From positions 30,001-62,000 of the forward strand of contig JBAZMW010000003.1 of the NCBI GenBank assembly GCA_041649575.1: a stretch of DNA of 32,000 bases. Reading direction: 5' to 3'. The DNA is from Patescibacteria group bacterium (lineage in GTDB: Bacteria; Patescibacteriota; Patescibacteriia; 2-01-FULL-39-33). Below, piece by piece: positions 1-8,031 of this stretch. Below the pieces are notes generated by a model, which saw nothing but the letters and a program-made list of their open reading frames with translations, was not told where the DNA came from and ran no database searches. Every line of letters starts with the position of its first letter. Position 1 is the first letter of the stretch. Made by a program: the position numbers and the translations under genes.

Positions 1-248
1 AAAGAAATAAAATCAGAATTGGTCAGATTAGCAATAATTCTAGCCAAAGTGGTTTTGCCCGATCCAGGCGGACCCCAAAAAATCATCGAGGGAATCTGGT
101 CTTTTTCTATCAACTGCCGCAACAGCTTGGTTTCACCAATGATTTCGTTTTGGCCCACAAAATCGGCCAAGGTATCAGGCCTCATTCTATCGGCCAAAGG
201 CGCTTCCAGGCCTAATTTTTGCCTTAAATTTTGATCAAATAAATCCAT
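1..248 (-). CDS. rarA: Replication-associated recombination protein A (RarA/MgsA AAA+ ATPase), N-terminal part; gene continues past the left edge
   Basis: Absent from the ORF track because it is truncated. My reverse-complement translation from the ATG at 248 reads MDLFDQNLRQKLGLEAPLADRMRPDTLADFVGQNEIIGETKLLRQLIEKDQIPSMIFWGPPGSGKTTLARIIANLTNSDFISF. The LRP.TL..FVGQ lead-in plus Walker A GPPGSGKTT is the RarA N-terminus. The + ORF 19..234 is its antisense shadow. Confidence 0.8.
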   Translation of the reverse strand, partial: MDLFDQNLRQKLGLEAPLADRMRPDTLADFVGQNEIIGETKLLRQLIEKDQIPSMIFWGPPGSGKTTLARIIANLTNSDFIS

Positions 249-286
249 GAGAACATTTTACTCTGGTTCTGTTTTTCTGCCAACTA

Positions 287-315
287 TTGACAAAAATATT
301 GAAGTATGATATAAT
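287..315 (+). promoter_or_regulatory. Perfect consensus sigma70 promoter (TTGACA-17 nt-TATAAT) upstream of GC island 1
   Basis: TTGACA at 287-292, 17-nt spacer at 293-309, TATAAT at 310-315. It lies about 70 nt upstream of the ATG at 386. Confidence 0.5.
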
Positions 316-385
316 AGTAAATGTGAGTGTTTTAGAGAAATAGAGGAAAACAGCCAAAAACCGTGAGACATAGGAGGACTGCAAG

Positions 386-751
386 ATGAAAGTTCTTTTC
401 AAAACCGGCTGGCTGGTAGGCCGCCGCAAGTGGGCAAGCCGCCGGCGGCGCAGCAAAGCGTGGAAGCAGTTGAAGCGGGAGACCAACTGCCTCGAAGGTA
501 TACTCCGCAGAATGGAGATGTACCACTCGTTGGAGAACTGGACTTCCCGAGAAGGGAAGGATATCAACAATAGAATGGTACTCCGTGAGGCGGCGGCCCA
601 ACTCCCCAAGGTGGCGTCCGCGGAACAGCAATGCCGCCGCGTCGGCGTCAAGGAGGACGAGCTCGTCGCCATAGGAGAGCGACGAGCGCAGCATTGGAAG
701 ATGGTGAGCGTAGTAGAACTGAGCCGCGCCGTAAACACGGCCGGGCTCTAA
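386..751 (+). CDS. Hypothetical basic soluble protein (121 aa), no domain recognised
   Basis: AGGAGG at 372-377 sits 8 nt before the ATG. Third codon positions are GC-rich in this frame. Several overlapping ORFs on both strands look like GC-driven shadows. Confidence 0.55.
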   Translation: MKVLFKTGWLVGRRKWASRRRRSKAWKQLKRETNCLEGILRRMEMYHSLENWTSREGKDINNRMVLREAAAQLPKVASAEQQCRRVGVKEDELVAIGERRAQHWKMVSVVELSRAVNTAGL

Positions 752-769
752 CCGCGAAAGGAGAAGACC

Positions 770-1246
770 ATGAGCAACAAGCTGTTTGGGACCAGAGCCG
801 CACTGTTCGCCTTGCCCATGATGGCGCTGGGCTGGACGTTGGTATTCGCGATCAAAAGGGGGTACACCGAAGAACTGGAGGCGTTGTTGTATGCTTCCTT
901 CCTCTTCGCAGGGCTGACCTACTTCTGTTTGGCCGCCACCTGCGCCACCGCGTGCTACGACTGCTGCCGGCAGTTGTTGGGACGGCTGGAGAAAGCCTGG
1001 GCTGCCCGTACGGCCAAGGTGTCGGTGATCTGGTACGCCAACATAGCGGCCGGGGCAGCAATACTGCTGGTGGCCATCTACCTGGTGGCCTACCAGGTCG
1101 ACTGGCTCGAGTTCTTCGAGCTAAGGACGATGAGAGACAACGTACTACTCATCCTCCTGGCGACGCTGCTCGGCAGCGTCGGAGTGGCCGTCGGCGCCGG
1201 CACCAGCAATATGCTATCTATTCGCCTGTCACAGACGGACGAGTAG
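770..1246 (+). CDS. Hypothetical integral membrane protein (158 aa, about 4 TM helices, Cys cluster CATACYDCC)
   Basis: AAGGAG at 758-763 sits 6 nt before the ATG. There are four hydrophobic stretches (AALFALPMMALGWTLVFAI, ALLYASFLFAGLTYFCLAATCATACY, VIWYANIAAGAAILLVAIYLVAY, VLLILLATLLGSVGVAVGAG). Confidence 0.65.
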   Translation: MSNKLFGTRAALFALPMMALGWTLVFAIKRGYTEELEALLYASFLFAGLTYFCLAATCATACYDCCRQLLGRLEKAWAARTAKVSVIWYANIAAGAAILLVAIYLVAYQVDWLEFFELRTMRDNVLLILLATLLGSVGVAVGAGTSNMLSIRLSQTDE

Positions 1247-1257
1247 CTCGCAGTCAA

Positions 1258-1300
1258 CCGCCCCCAGAGTGAAAACTCTGCGGGGCGGTGAATTATTTTT
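1258..1300 (+). terminator. Intrinsic terminator after the 770..1246 CDS
   Basis: CCGCCCCCAGAG (1258-1269) pairs with CTCTGCGGGGCGG (1276-1288), giving 12 bp with one bulged C and loop TGAAAA. TGAATTATTTTT follows. Confidence 0.6.
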
Positions 1301-1305
1301 AACTC

Positions 1306-1334
1306 TTGACAACCCAGAAGCAATGCTCTAATAT
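1306..1334 (+). promoter_or_regulatory. Near-consensus sigma70 promoter (TTGACA-17-TAATAT) internal to island 1
   Basis: TTGACA at 1306-1311 and TAATAT at 1329-1334. Its position argues that the ATG at 1338 is not the real start of the next CDS. Confidence 0.45.
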
Positions 1335-1373
1335 AAGATGTCAAGAGCGGTTGACCACAACGGAGGAGTAGTC

Positions 1374-1640
1374 ATGGCAACTATCATCCTTGTACTTTCA
1401 GCAATCGGGGCATTATGTAGCTGGCTGATGGAATTCTCCCTGCCGCCAGACTCGCGCTTTGCTGGCAACTGGTGGGCGGAGAACAGCATCACCATCGTGT
1501 TCTGGAGTAATATGGTTCTAAGCGCCATAGTGATCGTCTTGGAGTACGCCGCCCAGAAGATCCAACAGCGAAAGAAGACGCGGGGAGGAGTCTGGCTGAA
1601 GCGCAGAAATAGGGAGTGGGATGAGAAGGAGGCCCACTGA
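1374..1640 (+). CDS. Hypothetical small membrane protein (88 aa, 2 TM, strongly basic C-tail)
   Basis: I trimmed the track ORF 1338..1640 to the ATG at 1374, because GGAGGA (1362-1367) lies 6 nt upstream and 1338 abuts the -10 box. The two TM segments are MATIILVLSAIGALCSWLMEF and ITIVFWSNMVLSAIVIVLEYAA. The tail is QKIQQRKKTRGGVWLKRRNREW. Confidence 0.6.
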   Translation: MATIILVLSAIGALCSWLMEFSLPPDSRFAGNWWAENSITIVFWSNMVLSAIVIVLEYAAQKIQQRKKTRGGVWLKRRNREWDEKEAH

Positions 1641-1662
1641 CAACAGTCTTGGCAGAGCAAAA

Positions 1663-1705
1663 ACGTCCGACACCGGTGACTTTAGGTGTCGGACGTATTC
1701 TTTTT
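1663..1705 (+). terminator. Intrinsic terminator closing island 1 (could also serve convergent uppS)
   Basis: ACGTCCGACACC (1663-1674) pairs perfectly with GGTGTCGGACGT (1685-1696). ATTCTTTTT follows. Confidence 0.7.
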
Positions 1706-1715
1706 GAAAGATAAT

Positions 1716-2402
1716 TTAATTGCCCCCAAATCTTCTGTTTCTCTTGTTGAATTCCTCGATGGCCGTATCTAAATCTGTTTGGGAAAACTCCGGCCAATGG
1801 CACTTCACAAAAAGCAACTCGCTGTAAACCGACTCCCAAGTCAGGAAGCCGGACAAACGCTGTTCACCGGAGGTGCGAATAATCAAATCCGGATCGGTTT
1901 GGCCAGCGAGCCAAATATTTTGAGAAATCAAATTTTCATCTATCTCTTGAGCCGGCCGACCGGACTGAACTATTTTTTTTACCGCTTCCACAATTTCCAA
2001 ACGGCCGCCATAATTAAGGCAAATATTCAATAATCCCCGTTCATTGTTTTTGGTTGCTTCTTCGGCTTCAATAATGGCTGTTTTTAATTTTTCTGACAGG
2101 CGTTCTCGGCTGCCAATAATCTTTAGCTTAATGCCGCGACGGTTAAACTCGGCAACTTCTTTGGTTAAAGCTCTATGAAGCAGATCCATCAGGTAGCCAA
2201 CTTCTTCCTCGCTCCGATTCCAATTTTCGGTGGAAAAAGCATAAATAGTCAGAGTCTTAATGCCGCGGTCAATACACCACTCCCCCACTTCTTTCAGTTT
2301 ATTATAGCCCCGACGATGACCCTCAAGAGTCGGCAGGCCGTGCTCTTTGGCCCAGCGGCGATTGCCGTCCATGATAATAGCTAAATGATTGAGTCCTGAC
2401 AT
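1716..2402 (-). CDS. uppS: Undecaprenyl-diphosphate synthase (cis-prenyltransferase)
   Basis: HLAIIMDGNRRWAKEHGL, TIYAFSTENWNRSEEEV and IRTSGEQRLSGFLTWESVYSEL are hallmark UppS motifs. Confidence 0.95.
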   Translation of the reverse strand: MSGLNHLAIIMDGNRRWAKEHGLPTLEGHRRGYNKLKEVGEWCIDRGIKTLTIYAFSTENWNRSEEEVGYLMDLLHRALTKEVAEFNRRGIKLKIIGSRERLSEKLKTAIIEAEEATKNNERGLLNICLNYGGRLEIVEAVKKIVQSGRPAQEIDENLISQNIWLAGQTDPDLIIRTSGEQRLSGFLTWESVYSELLFVKCHWPEFSQTDLDTAIEEFNKRNRRFGGN

Positions 2403-2425
2403 AAAATATAATTTTTTAATTTTTA

Positions 2426-2496
2426 TCGGGCTGCGCGGAATTGAACCGCGATTACACGCACCCGAAGCGTGCGTAATACCGTTATACCACAGCCCG
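2426..2496 (-). tRNA. tRNA-Pro (anticodon CGG), 71 nt, no encoded CCA
   Basis: I hand-folded the reverse complement. Acceptor CGGGCTG pairs with CAGCCCG. Anticodon stem CACGC pairs with GCGTG, with loop TTCGGGT (anticodon CGG). T arm is CGCGG-TTCAATT-CCGCG. The discriminator is A. Confidence 0.85.
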
Positions 2497-2519
2497 TCTT
2501 GCCGATTAAAAATTATGAA

Positions 2520-2756
2520 TTAAGAATTGATTTCATTATCAACAGACTCGTTCTTATCTGGATAACAACACATCACATTATCCAGATATTGAAGGCCACA
2601 GAAATAATCACAAATAGAAACATTTTTAACAGCACATTTGTGAATATCAGTATCTTCGGCCTCATTCCAAGGACACTTCATCTGTTTCCAGGAGGTTTCT
2701 TTTTCTGAGACTAAATCAATATCCAGATTAGCGCCGTCTAAAATTTTAATCTCCAT
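2520..2756 (-). CDS. Hypothetical small Cys-rich protein (78 aa, 7 Cys)
   Basis: The ORF sits tightly between the tRNA and the SpoU gene. The Cys pattern is CPW..HKC..IC..FC..CC. I recognise no family. Confidence 0.45.
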   Translation of the reverse strand: MEIKILDGANLDIDLVSEKETSWKQMKCPWNEAEDTDIHKCAVKNVSICDYFCGLQYLDNVMCCYPDKNESVDNEINS

Positions 2757-2760
2757 AATT

Positions 2761-3237
2761 TTATTTGTTCATAATCTGATAAGCGGCGATGCCGAAAGCG
2801 ACCGAGACATTTAAGCTCTCCTTAATCCCCTGCATTGGTATGTGCACCACGGCGTCGGCCCGCTTGAGCAATGCCTCTGAAACGCCGCTAACCTCATTGC
2901 CGATAATCAAAACTAAGGGAAACTTTGGCTTAAATATGCTAACATCAATACTGTTTGATGTCAATTCTAGGGCAACAATTTTAAAGCCCTGTTTCTTTAG
3001 TCTATCAACTAAACGCCAACTTGACCAGACCTGCTCCCAGAGCACCGACTTTTCCGCTCCCAAAGAAACTTTTAGAACTCCCTTTGGCAAGCTGGTCGCC
3101 TTGACGCCTCTGGTGGCGGCAGTGATGCCGCCTAAATAAATTTTCTTGACACCCAGGGCGTCGCTGGTGCGAAAAATCGACCCCACATTATACAGGCTGC
3201 GCAAATTATCGCAGACGACATAAAGGTCTTTGGCCAT
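2761..3237 (-). CDS. SpoU/TrmH-family (SPOUT) RNA 2'-O-methyltransferase
   Basis: NVGSIFRTSDALGV, LIIGNEVSGVSEALL and IPMQGIKESLNVSVAFGIAAY match the three SpoU motifs. Confidence 0.85.
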   Translation of the reverse strand: MAKDLYVVCDNLRSLYNVGSIFRTSDALGVKKIYLGGITAATRGVKATSLPKGVLKVSLGAEKSVLWEQVWSSWRLVDRLKKQGFKIVALELTSNSIDVSIFKPKFPLVLIIGNEVSGVSEALLKRADAVVHIPMQGIKESLNVSVAFGIAAYQIMNK

Positions 3238-3242
3238 AAAAA

Positions 3243-4808
3243 TTATTTAAGCTGACAACGCCACTGTCCCATATTATCGACGATTTTATCAAGACTGACT
3301 TCCTGCATTTTGCCACGCATGGTATTGTCGACATCGTTATAATTATCCGGCACAAAATAACGAATCGGACCAACCAAAAATTTAGGTAAAAGACCCATGA
3401 AATACAAATCCAAATTAGAAAATTTAGTCAGCCCGCTACCGCCGCTTAAATAGACTTTGCTGGTGAAGGTGCCATTACTATTATCACGCCAGCCGCTACC
3501 GCCCAAAGGAGAAACAGCATCAAGATAACGGCTCCAATGATCATAATTGGGGCTAGTAAGCAAAATTTTATTTTCTTGACCCGAGTCATCTAAAAATTTA
3601 GCTTTGCCGCTAAAATGATGCAACAACTCATGCGAAATATAACCAACGGCTCGATCTAGATCGTCATTACTGTCGACGCTATATTTTTCGACATTACCCA
3701 TATTGGCAATACCCTTGAGCTTGCCTTGGCTGCCAAAATTATAAGCCGAGTGCATCCGTGGCTGGCCCGTACCCAAAAAATCGTTAGTAAGCATCAGGTA
3801 TTTGGCAGTCACTGGCTCATTGAGGACAAAATTGTTATACAAAATTATAAAATCAAGATCGTCCTGGTTTTTGTCATAAAAAGTATTAATGACTTCGTTG
3901 TCCGGTTTTTTCTGACCATCAAAATCGGTGAATAGCAGCCAAGGATCGTCGCTAAGAATGGTCAGGGGGTAAGAGACATCCACCTCGGCCAAATCCGAAG
4001 AGGCCAGTTTGAAATTTTTGGCTAGTCGATCTTTGATTAGATTAATTTTATCTACCTGCTCCGGAGAATAATTTTCTTTGGCTACCAAAATAAAGGCTAC
4101 TTTGAATTTTTTGTTTTCACAATCAGCCGTATTTTTAACAGGCGCGGCCACGGGATTAAAAACAGTCTTGGTAAAACCATTGATTTCCCGCCGGCGCTGA
4201 TCGAAAGAAGCATCGCCGCTGACAATATCAGAAGTTTTGAATTTATTGGCAAAAATGCTTTGCAAATCCTTAAAGGGCCTAAATAAACCCTTTTCTATGT
4301 AATAATACCCCTGGGAGCTGGTTGATTTATAAACCAGGCCGGCCGGCAATTGATCGGGGCTGCTTATTGGCTCGCCCAGAGAATAATCCGGAAAGAAAGC
4401 ATCGGGCAATCTGACCAAACGCTTTTCCCAACGCGAACCATAAATTTCTTTTATTATTCCCTCATCCTTGAAAAGCCGCAGAACACCGCCGGGCTCGACA
4501 GCATAAAAATTATTATCAGTCTGAAAAGTGACAATTCTTATACCCGGCCGGACGGTGACATTTTTGTTCAAAGGGTATTGCGCCAACTGTTTTGCAGTCA
4601 AAGTGTTAACCTCGGAAAAATCATCGTACCAGGACTTGTAGGTGCTCTCGGTGGGAAAAGTGTGACGGAAATTGTTGCCATCCAGATAATAAACGGCCGG
4701 ACCATCAGCCGATTTGACCAAACTGCCAAAAGCAAAAACCGGCGAAGCCAAAATCGCTCCACCAAAAATAACCAAAGCCGTGAGTAGCAATCGATATTTT
4801 TTTATCAT
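3243..4808 (-). CDS. Secreted hypothetical protein with HExxH zinc-metallopeptidase-like motif (521 aa)
   Basis: Signal peptide MIKKYRLLLTALVIFGGAILASPVFA. Single HExxH in YISHELLHHFSG. I recognise no family. Confidence 0.55.
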   Translation of the reverse strand: MIKKYRLLLTALVIFGGAILASPVFAFGSLVKSADGPAVYYLDGNNFRHTFPTESTYKSWYDDFSEVNTLTAKQLAQYPLNKNVTVRPGIRIVTFQTDNNFYAVEPGGVLRLFKDEGIIKEIYGSRWEKRLVRLPDAFFPDYSLGEPISSPDQLPAGLVYKSTSSQGYYYIEKGLFRPFKDLQSIFANKFKTSDIVSGDASFDQRRREINGFTKTVFNPVAAPVKNTADCENKKFKVAFILVAKENYSPEQVDKINLIKDRLAKNFKLASSDLAEVDVSYPLTILSDDPWLLFTDFDGQKKPDNEVINTFYDKNQDDLDFIILYNNFVLNEPVTAKYLMLTNDFLGTGQPRMHSAYNFGSQGKLKGIANMGNVEKYSVDSNDDLDRAVGYISHELLHHFSGKAKFLDDSGQENKILLTSPNYDHWSRYLDAVSPLGGSGWRDNSNGTFTSKVYLSGGSGLTKFSNLDLYFMGLLPKFLVGPIRYFVPDNYNDVDNTMRGKMQEVSLDKIVDNMGQWRCQLK

Positions 4809-4815
4809 TAACTAA

Positions 4816-6156
4816 TTAATAATTTAAAATTGTTTTTACTCTTTTCGCTTCTTTGAATTTATGAAAAATTATCTTGTCTATATTGTAAGTGCCATATTTA
4901 GGCGCCTCGACAAAACCCTGGATAGCCGCCTCGGCCAACCAGCCGGATTTTAGCCAATCACCGAGCCATTCATTGGCATAAAGCGGGTTTTCCTGATCGA
5001 TGCCCGTGCCCAAGAGCCGCAGCCATTTCTGATTGAAAATTTCTTGCGAGCCAATAGGCGGCGCCATAATTATTGGCAAACCCAAAGCGCAATAAAAAGA
5101 TAGTTCACTGGGCTTGGTCCATAGGACGTCGGTGTTTCTTAGCAATAAATTAAACTTTCTGAAATATTTATCTTTGGTCGGCTCAAATAAAATCTTTACG
5201 CCCCAGCCAAGCGCCTTGGCCAGGCGCAGCCTTTTGATTTCTTTTTTAAAATAGTTGTTAACCTCATTATTGACGCCAGCCACCAGATTAATTCTCATTT
5301 TTTTGGCGATGACTTCTTTCTTCAAGCTAGCAACGATTTGCATTCCCAGCTCCCTTTGAGCGCCAGCGCCGCCGACGGCAAAAGTAATAGTCAGGGGGCG
5401 AATTAATTTGGTTCTGAGATTATTTCTGCCTAGTTGCTGAATTAAAGTTTTTTTATATTGGGAAATATAAACTTGATGCGGATCGAGCTGAATCAGCCGC
5501 CGGCCCAAATCGGCTTTCAAAATTTTCAGATTATCTCCCACGTTTTCTTGAGGCAAGGGAAAGCCGGTAAAAAATATCCGGCCGGGGTTGACGCCATAAA
5601 GCTTTAGTCTTTCCTCTACCCGCTTATTGGTGGCAAAATAAATGATCCGGCTGTTATGGGGATCGGGCGGCACCCAGGCGCGGCTGATATCGGTATCGCA
5701 TAAAACGCAATAAATCTCACCAGGATAATTGAAATACTCGGCCATCATGGCGGTGGCAAAAAAAGTAGTGACAAAAGGCAGGGGTTTTCTGGACAATTTG
5801 TCAATCAAGTGTTTGCCCCAATTATCTTTTTTGAAAAACTTGTAGATTTCCCTGAGTTGGATGTTGCTCTTGGACAGATCGCGGCGGGGATAGAATTGGG
5901 GGATGGACTGGATTTTATCGTAGAGCTCAAAGGCCTTATTGCCAATGAGCGGCACCATCTTGAAACGAGAAATAAACTCATAAAAAGCCCGGCTATTTTG
6001 CCAGATACTGCGGTCTTTCTCGGGAATGCCGGGGTAATTGTTGGCGGTGATAATTTTGCCTTGAGCGATCGATTTCAGAGGGTAGGCAGCCCGCTGATGG
6101 CCATAACCCATATCGACAGTCACCACCCAGGCTTTATGCGGCAAACTTTCGGACAT
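4816..6156 (-). CDS. Glycosyltransferase, MGDG-synthase/GT28-like (tentative)
   Basis: N-terminal VVTVDMGYGHQRAAYPL resembles the G-G-G-H..AA..L motif of MGDG-synthase/UgtP-type enzymes. The C-terminal half has a Rossmann-like AVGGAGAQRE. Assignment is from memory only. Confidence 0.45.
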   Translation of the reverse strand: MSESLPHKAWVVTVDMGYGHQRAAYPLKSIAQGKIITANNYPGIPEKDRSIWQNSRAFYEFISRFKMVPLIGNKAFELYDKIQSIPQFYPRRDLSKSNIQLREIYKFFKKDNWGKHLIDKLSRKPLPFVTTFFATAMMAEYFNYPGEIYCVLCDTDISRAWVPPDPHNSRIIYFATNKRVEERLKLYGVNPGRIFFTGFPLPQENVGDNLKILKADLGRRLIQLDPHQVYISQYKKTLIQQLGRNNLRTKLIRPLTITFAVGGAGAQRELGMQIVASLKKEVIAKKMRINLVAGVNNEVNNYFKKEIKRLRLAKALGWGVKILFEPTKDKYFRKFNLLLRNTDVLWTKPSELSFYCALGLPIIMAPPIGSQEIFNQKWLRLLGTGIDQENPLYANEWLGDWLKSGWLAEAAIQGFVEAPKYGTYNIDKIIFHKFKEAKRVKTILNY

Positions 6157-6200
6157 AATAAAAAATTAAAATCAGCAATTATAAATTATTATTATTATAC

Positions 6201-6227
6201 CAAAAACCCCGTTGAAATCCAACGGGG
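6201..6227 (-). terminator. Intrinsic terminator downstream of hup
   Basis: CCCCGTTG (6207-6214) pairs with CAACGGGG (6220-6227). On the minus strand TTTTTG follows. Confidence 0.65.
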
Positions 6228-6256
6228 CTCTTGGCGCTTTAAAGCAGTAGCTATTA

Positions 6257-6538
6257 CTAGAGAACCGCTTCTTTGGCGGCTTTGGCGACTCGGAATTTAA
6301 CCACGGTTTTAGCCGGGATCCTGATGCTTTCGCCGGTAGCTGGGTTGCGGCCTTCGCGGGCTTTGCGCTGGACTTTGACCAGCTTGCCTAGTCCCGGAAC
6401 CACAAACTCGCCATTTTTCTTGACTTCGGAATAAGCCATATCGGTCAGCTTATCCAACAAAGCCACTACGTCTTTCTTGGCCAGGCCAGTGGCATCGGCC
6501 AGAGAACTCATTAACTGTGACTTGGTCATTTTAGCCAT
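6257..6538 (-). CDS. hup: HU/IHF-family nucleoid DNA-binding protein
   Basis: 93 aa. The sequence GLGKLVKVQRKAREGRNPATGESIRIPAKTVVKFRVAKAAK is the HU beta-arm signature. Confidence 0.9.
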   Translation of the reverse strand: MAKMTKSQLMSSLADATGLAKKDVVALLDKLTDMAYSEVKKNGEFVVPGLGKLVKVQRKAREGRNPATGESIRIPAKTVVKFRVAKAAKEAVL

Positions 6539-6654
6539 AAACTTTCAAGTTAATTATTAATTATGATTAATTGTTAATTAAACGATTCTACTTGCTGCAC
6601 TTATCCACAGGTTTTATTATATTTCAATTCTATAGAAAAAACAAGGGAAAAGCA

Positions 6655-6701
6655 AAGATTTTTTAAAAAATAAAGCCCGACTCGAAACAAATCGAGTCGG
6701 G
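6655..6701 (-). terminator. Intrinsic terminator downstream of the MFS gene
   Basis: CCCGACTCGA (6676-6685) pairs with TCGAGTCGGG (6692-6701). On the minus strand CTTTATTTTTTAAAAAA follows. Confidence 0.7.
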
Positions 6702-7999
6702 TGGAAACCCTCGCCGTCATCAGCGAGAATTAAATGTCCGGTGATAGGTGGCGATCATAACCAAGCCGGCCAAAAGCGCGCTGACGCCCAAAAGCTCCAA
6801 GCAGAAAGCTAGCGACCAGTATTTGACCGCCAGACCGAACAGGCCCAGCGACACAACGCCGGCCACGCTGTTGGCGGTGGATTTGATGGAGGCGACCGTG
6901 GCTCGGTTCTCGCTGTCGAGGTGCCGGTGCAGGAAAAAGCCTAGGAAAGGCGTCATATATCCCCTGACCAAATTCTGCATCAAGATCAGAAGAACCGCCC
7001 ACTTGGTCACCCACGCGCCCATCAGCCAAATAGGCAAAGCGATCAGTAGCACCATTAGAACGATGCCGCCGAACTCGCCACAGCGCCGAGTGATTCGCTC
7101 GGCCTCATGACTGCTAATGGCGGCCACCACATTGAGCAGACAGAACATCCAGCCGAAATACTTGAGCGGCAATTCTACCAGCTCGAAGTAGGGGTTGTAG
7201 GTGAAAAACCAGATCTTGGAAACGGCGCCAATAAGCACCGAGAAGCCAATAACCCACTTCACCTGCCGGTGGTTGTAAACGAAAAGAGCGCTCAGCTTGA
7301 GCAAACGGAAATACTCTTGCCAGCTTTTCTCTCGCTTGATAATTACTGGCGGGTCGATCATACGATAAGCGGCCACGCAAGCGATAATCATAAACGGCAC
7401 GCCCAGCCAGACCGGCAAACGCAAGTTGACCTCCGCCAAATAGCCCACTGTGGCAGAACAAGCCGCGACCAAAGCCAGCCGGTAGGCGCTGGAGCGACCC
7501 TCGATTTTCTGGAACTCACTTTCCCGTCCCAAGAATTTCAAGGTGTCGGCCAGCATTGAGGTGTCGGCGCCAGAGATTAGCGACGCGCCTATAACCCACA
7601 GAAAATTGGCCAGCCAAATCGTCAAGGGACTAGTGGCGCTGGCAAAGACGGCCAGCTTGACGGACCAGACGCAAATGCCAATCAAGATGGTAAGGCGCCG
7701 GCCGAGCAAATCGGCCAAAGCGCCACAGGGACAATCCAGCAGAACAATGCCAACCACGCAGACCGCCTCCATTAAGTAGATATCCGAGAGCGTCATGCCC
7801 GACACCCGATTGATGAAGGTGATGAGTATCGGGCCCCAAAACAGCGGCTCCTTGAACACCTGAAACCAGAAGTACAACTTGATGTTTCTTTCGGCTTGCT
7901 CTCGAGTCATGGCAGACCTCCTCTTCTATCGCCAGGCGATGTGTTAAAGTGCGATTTTTTCCAAACAGACAAACAAAAACCTCGGCTGTCTGGCCGAGG
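6700..7999. other. GC-rich island 2 (MFS transporter cassette)
   Basis: My hand count of line 7441-7500 gives 40/60 G+C. The flanking hup and 8224..10227 genes are visibly AT-richer. Confidence 0.7.
6720..7910 (-). CDS. MFS-superfamily transporter (396 aa, about 12 TM)
   Basis: GALADLLGRRLTILIG matches MFS motif A (G-x-L-A-D-x-x-G-R-R/K) between TM2 and TM3. The profile is hydrophobic throughout. GAGGAGG lies 6 nt upstream of the ATG. Confidence 0.85.
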   Translation of the reverse strand: MTREQAERNIKLYFWFQVFKEPLFWGPILITFINRVSGMTLSDIYLMEAVCVVGIVLLDCPCGALADLLGRRLTILIGICVWSVKLAVFASATSPLTIWLANFLWVIGASLISGADTSMLADTLKFLGRESEFQKIEGRSSAYRLALVAACSATVGYLAEVNLRLPVWLGVPFMIIACVAAYRMIDPPVIIKREKSWQEYFRLLKLSALFVYNHRQVKWVIGFSVLIGAVSKIWFFTYNPYFELVELPLKYFGWMFCLLNVVAAISSHEAERITRRCGEFGGIVLMVLLIALPIWLMGAWVTKWAVLLILMQNLVRGYMTPFLGFFLHRHLDSENRATVASIKSTANSVAGVVSLGLFGLAVKYWSLAFCLELLGVSALLAGLVMIATYHRTFNSR

Positions 8000-8005
8000 A
8001 GGTCT
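7914..8005 (-). promoter_or_regulatory. Candidate RNA control region: terminator hairpin overlapping an anti-SD that is perfectly complementary to the MFS ribosome-binding site
   Basis: On the minus-strand RNA, AGACCUCCUC (8005-7996) is the exact reverse complement of GAGGAGGUCU (7923-7914), which contains the MFS SD. This element shares 4 nt with the 5' arm of the hairpin CCUCGGC/GCCGAGG (7999-7993 / 7986-7980). UUUUUGUUUG follows the hairpin. Confidence 0.4.
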
Positions 8006-8031
8006 TATTATTTAGATTAGTTTTAACTTAT

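Larger units (their letters stand above)
330..1710. other. GC-rich island 1 (three + strand CDSs, opposite in orientation to flanking rarA and uppS)
   Basis: My hand count of the 60-nt line at 421-480 gives 42/60 G+C. A typical backbone coding line (4861-4920) gives 22/60. The composition step is visible by eye near 390 and 1700. Confidence 0.7.

Noticed and set aside
19-234. + strand 71-aa ORF at the left edge
   Set aside because: It is the antisense shadow of the minus-strand rarA N-terminus (1..248), which has an unmistakable Walker A and a RarA-type lead-in. The + product has no features.
235-1839. Overlapping ORFs in island 1 (235..738-, 332..694-, 631..1272+, 852..1061-, 1090..1344-, 1328..1660-, 1489..1839-)
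   Set aside because: High GC suppresses stop codons in all frames. These products are Arg/Pro/Ser-rich low-complexity sequences. They lack SD sites, and some run through the promoter and terminator elements. The three + strand CDSs each have an SD and coherent TM or charge patterns.
1779-2384. + strand ORFs 1779..2033 and 2175..2384
   Set aside because: They are antisense to the confidently identified uppS gene and have no features of their own.
6730-7839. Six alternative ORFs inside and antisense to the MFS gene (6730..7029-, 6748..7110+, 7107..7559+, 7114..7461-, 7543..7779+, 7630..7839-)
   Set aside because: They are shadow ORFs in GC-rich DNA. Only the 6720..7910 frame gives a continuous 12-TM profile with MFS motif A.
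7928-7940. Perfect 6+1+6 palindrome ATCGCCaGGCGAT just upstream of the MFS SD, considered as a repressor operator
   Set aside because: Several palindromes of this size are expected by chance in 32 kb. I noted it only in case a TetR/MarR-type regulator is found nearby, and none is in the window.
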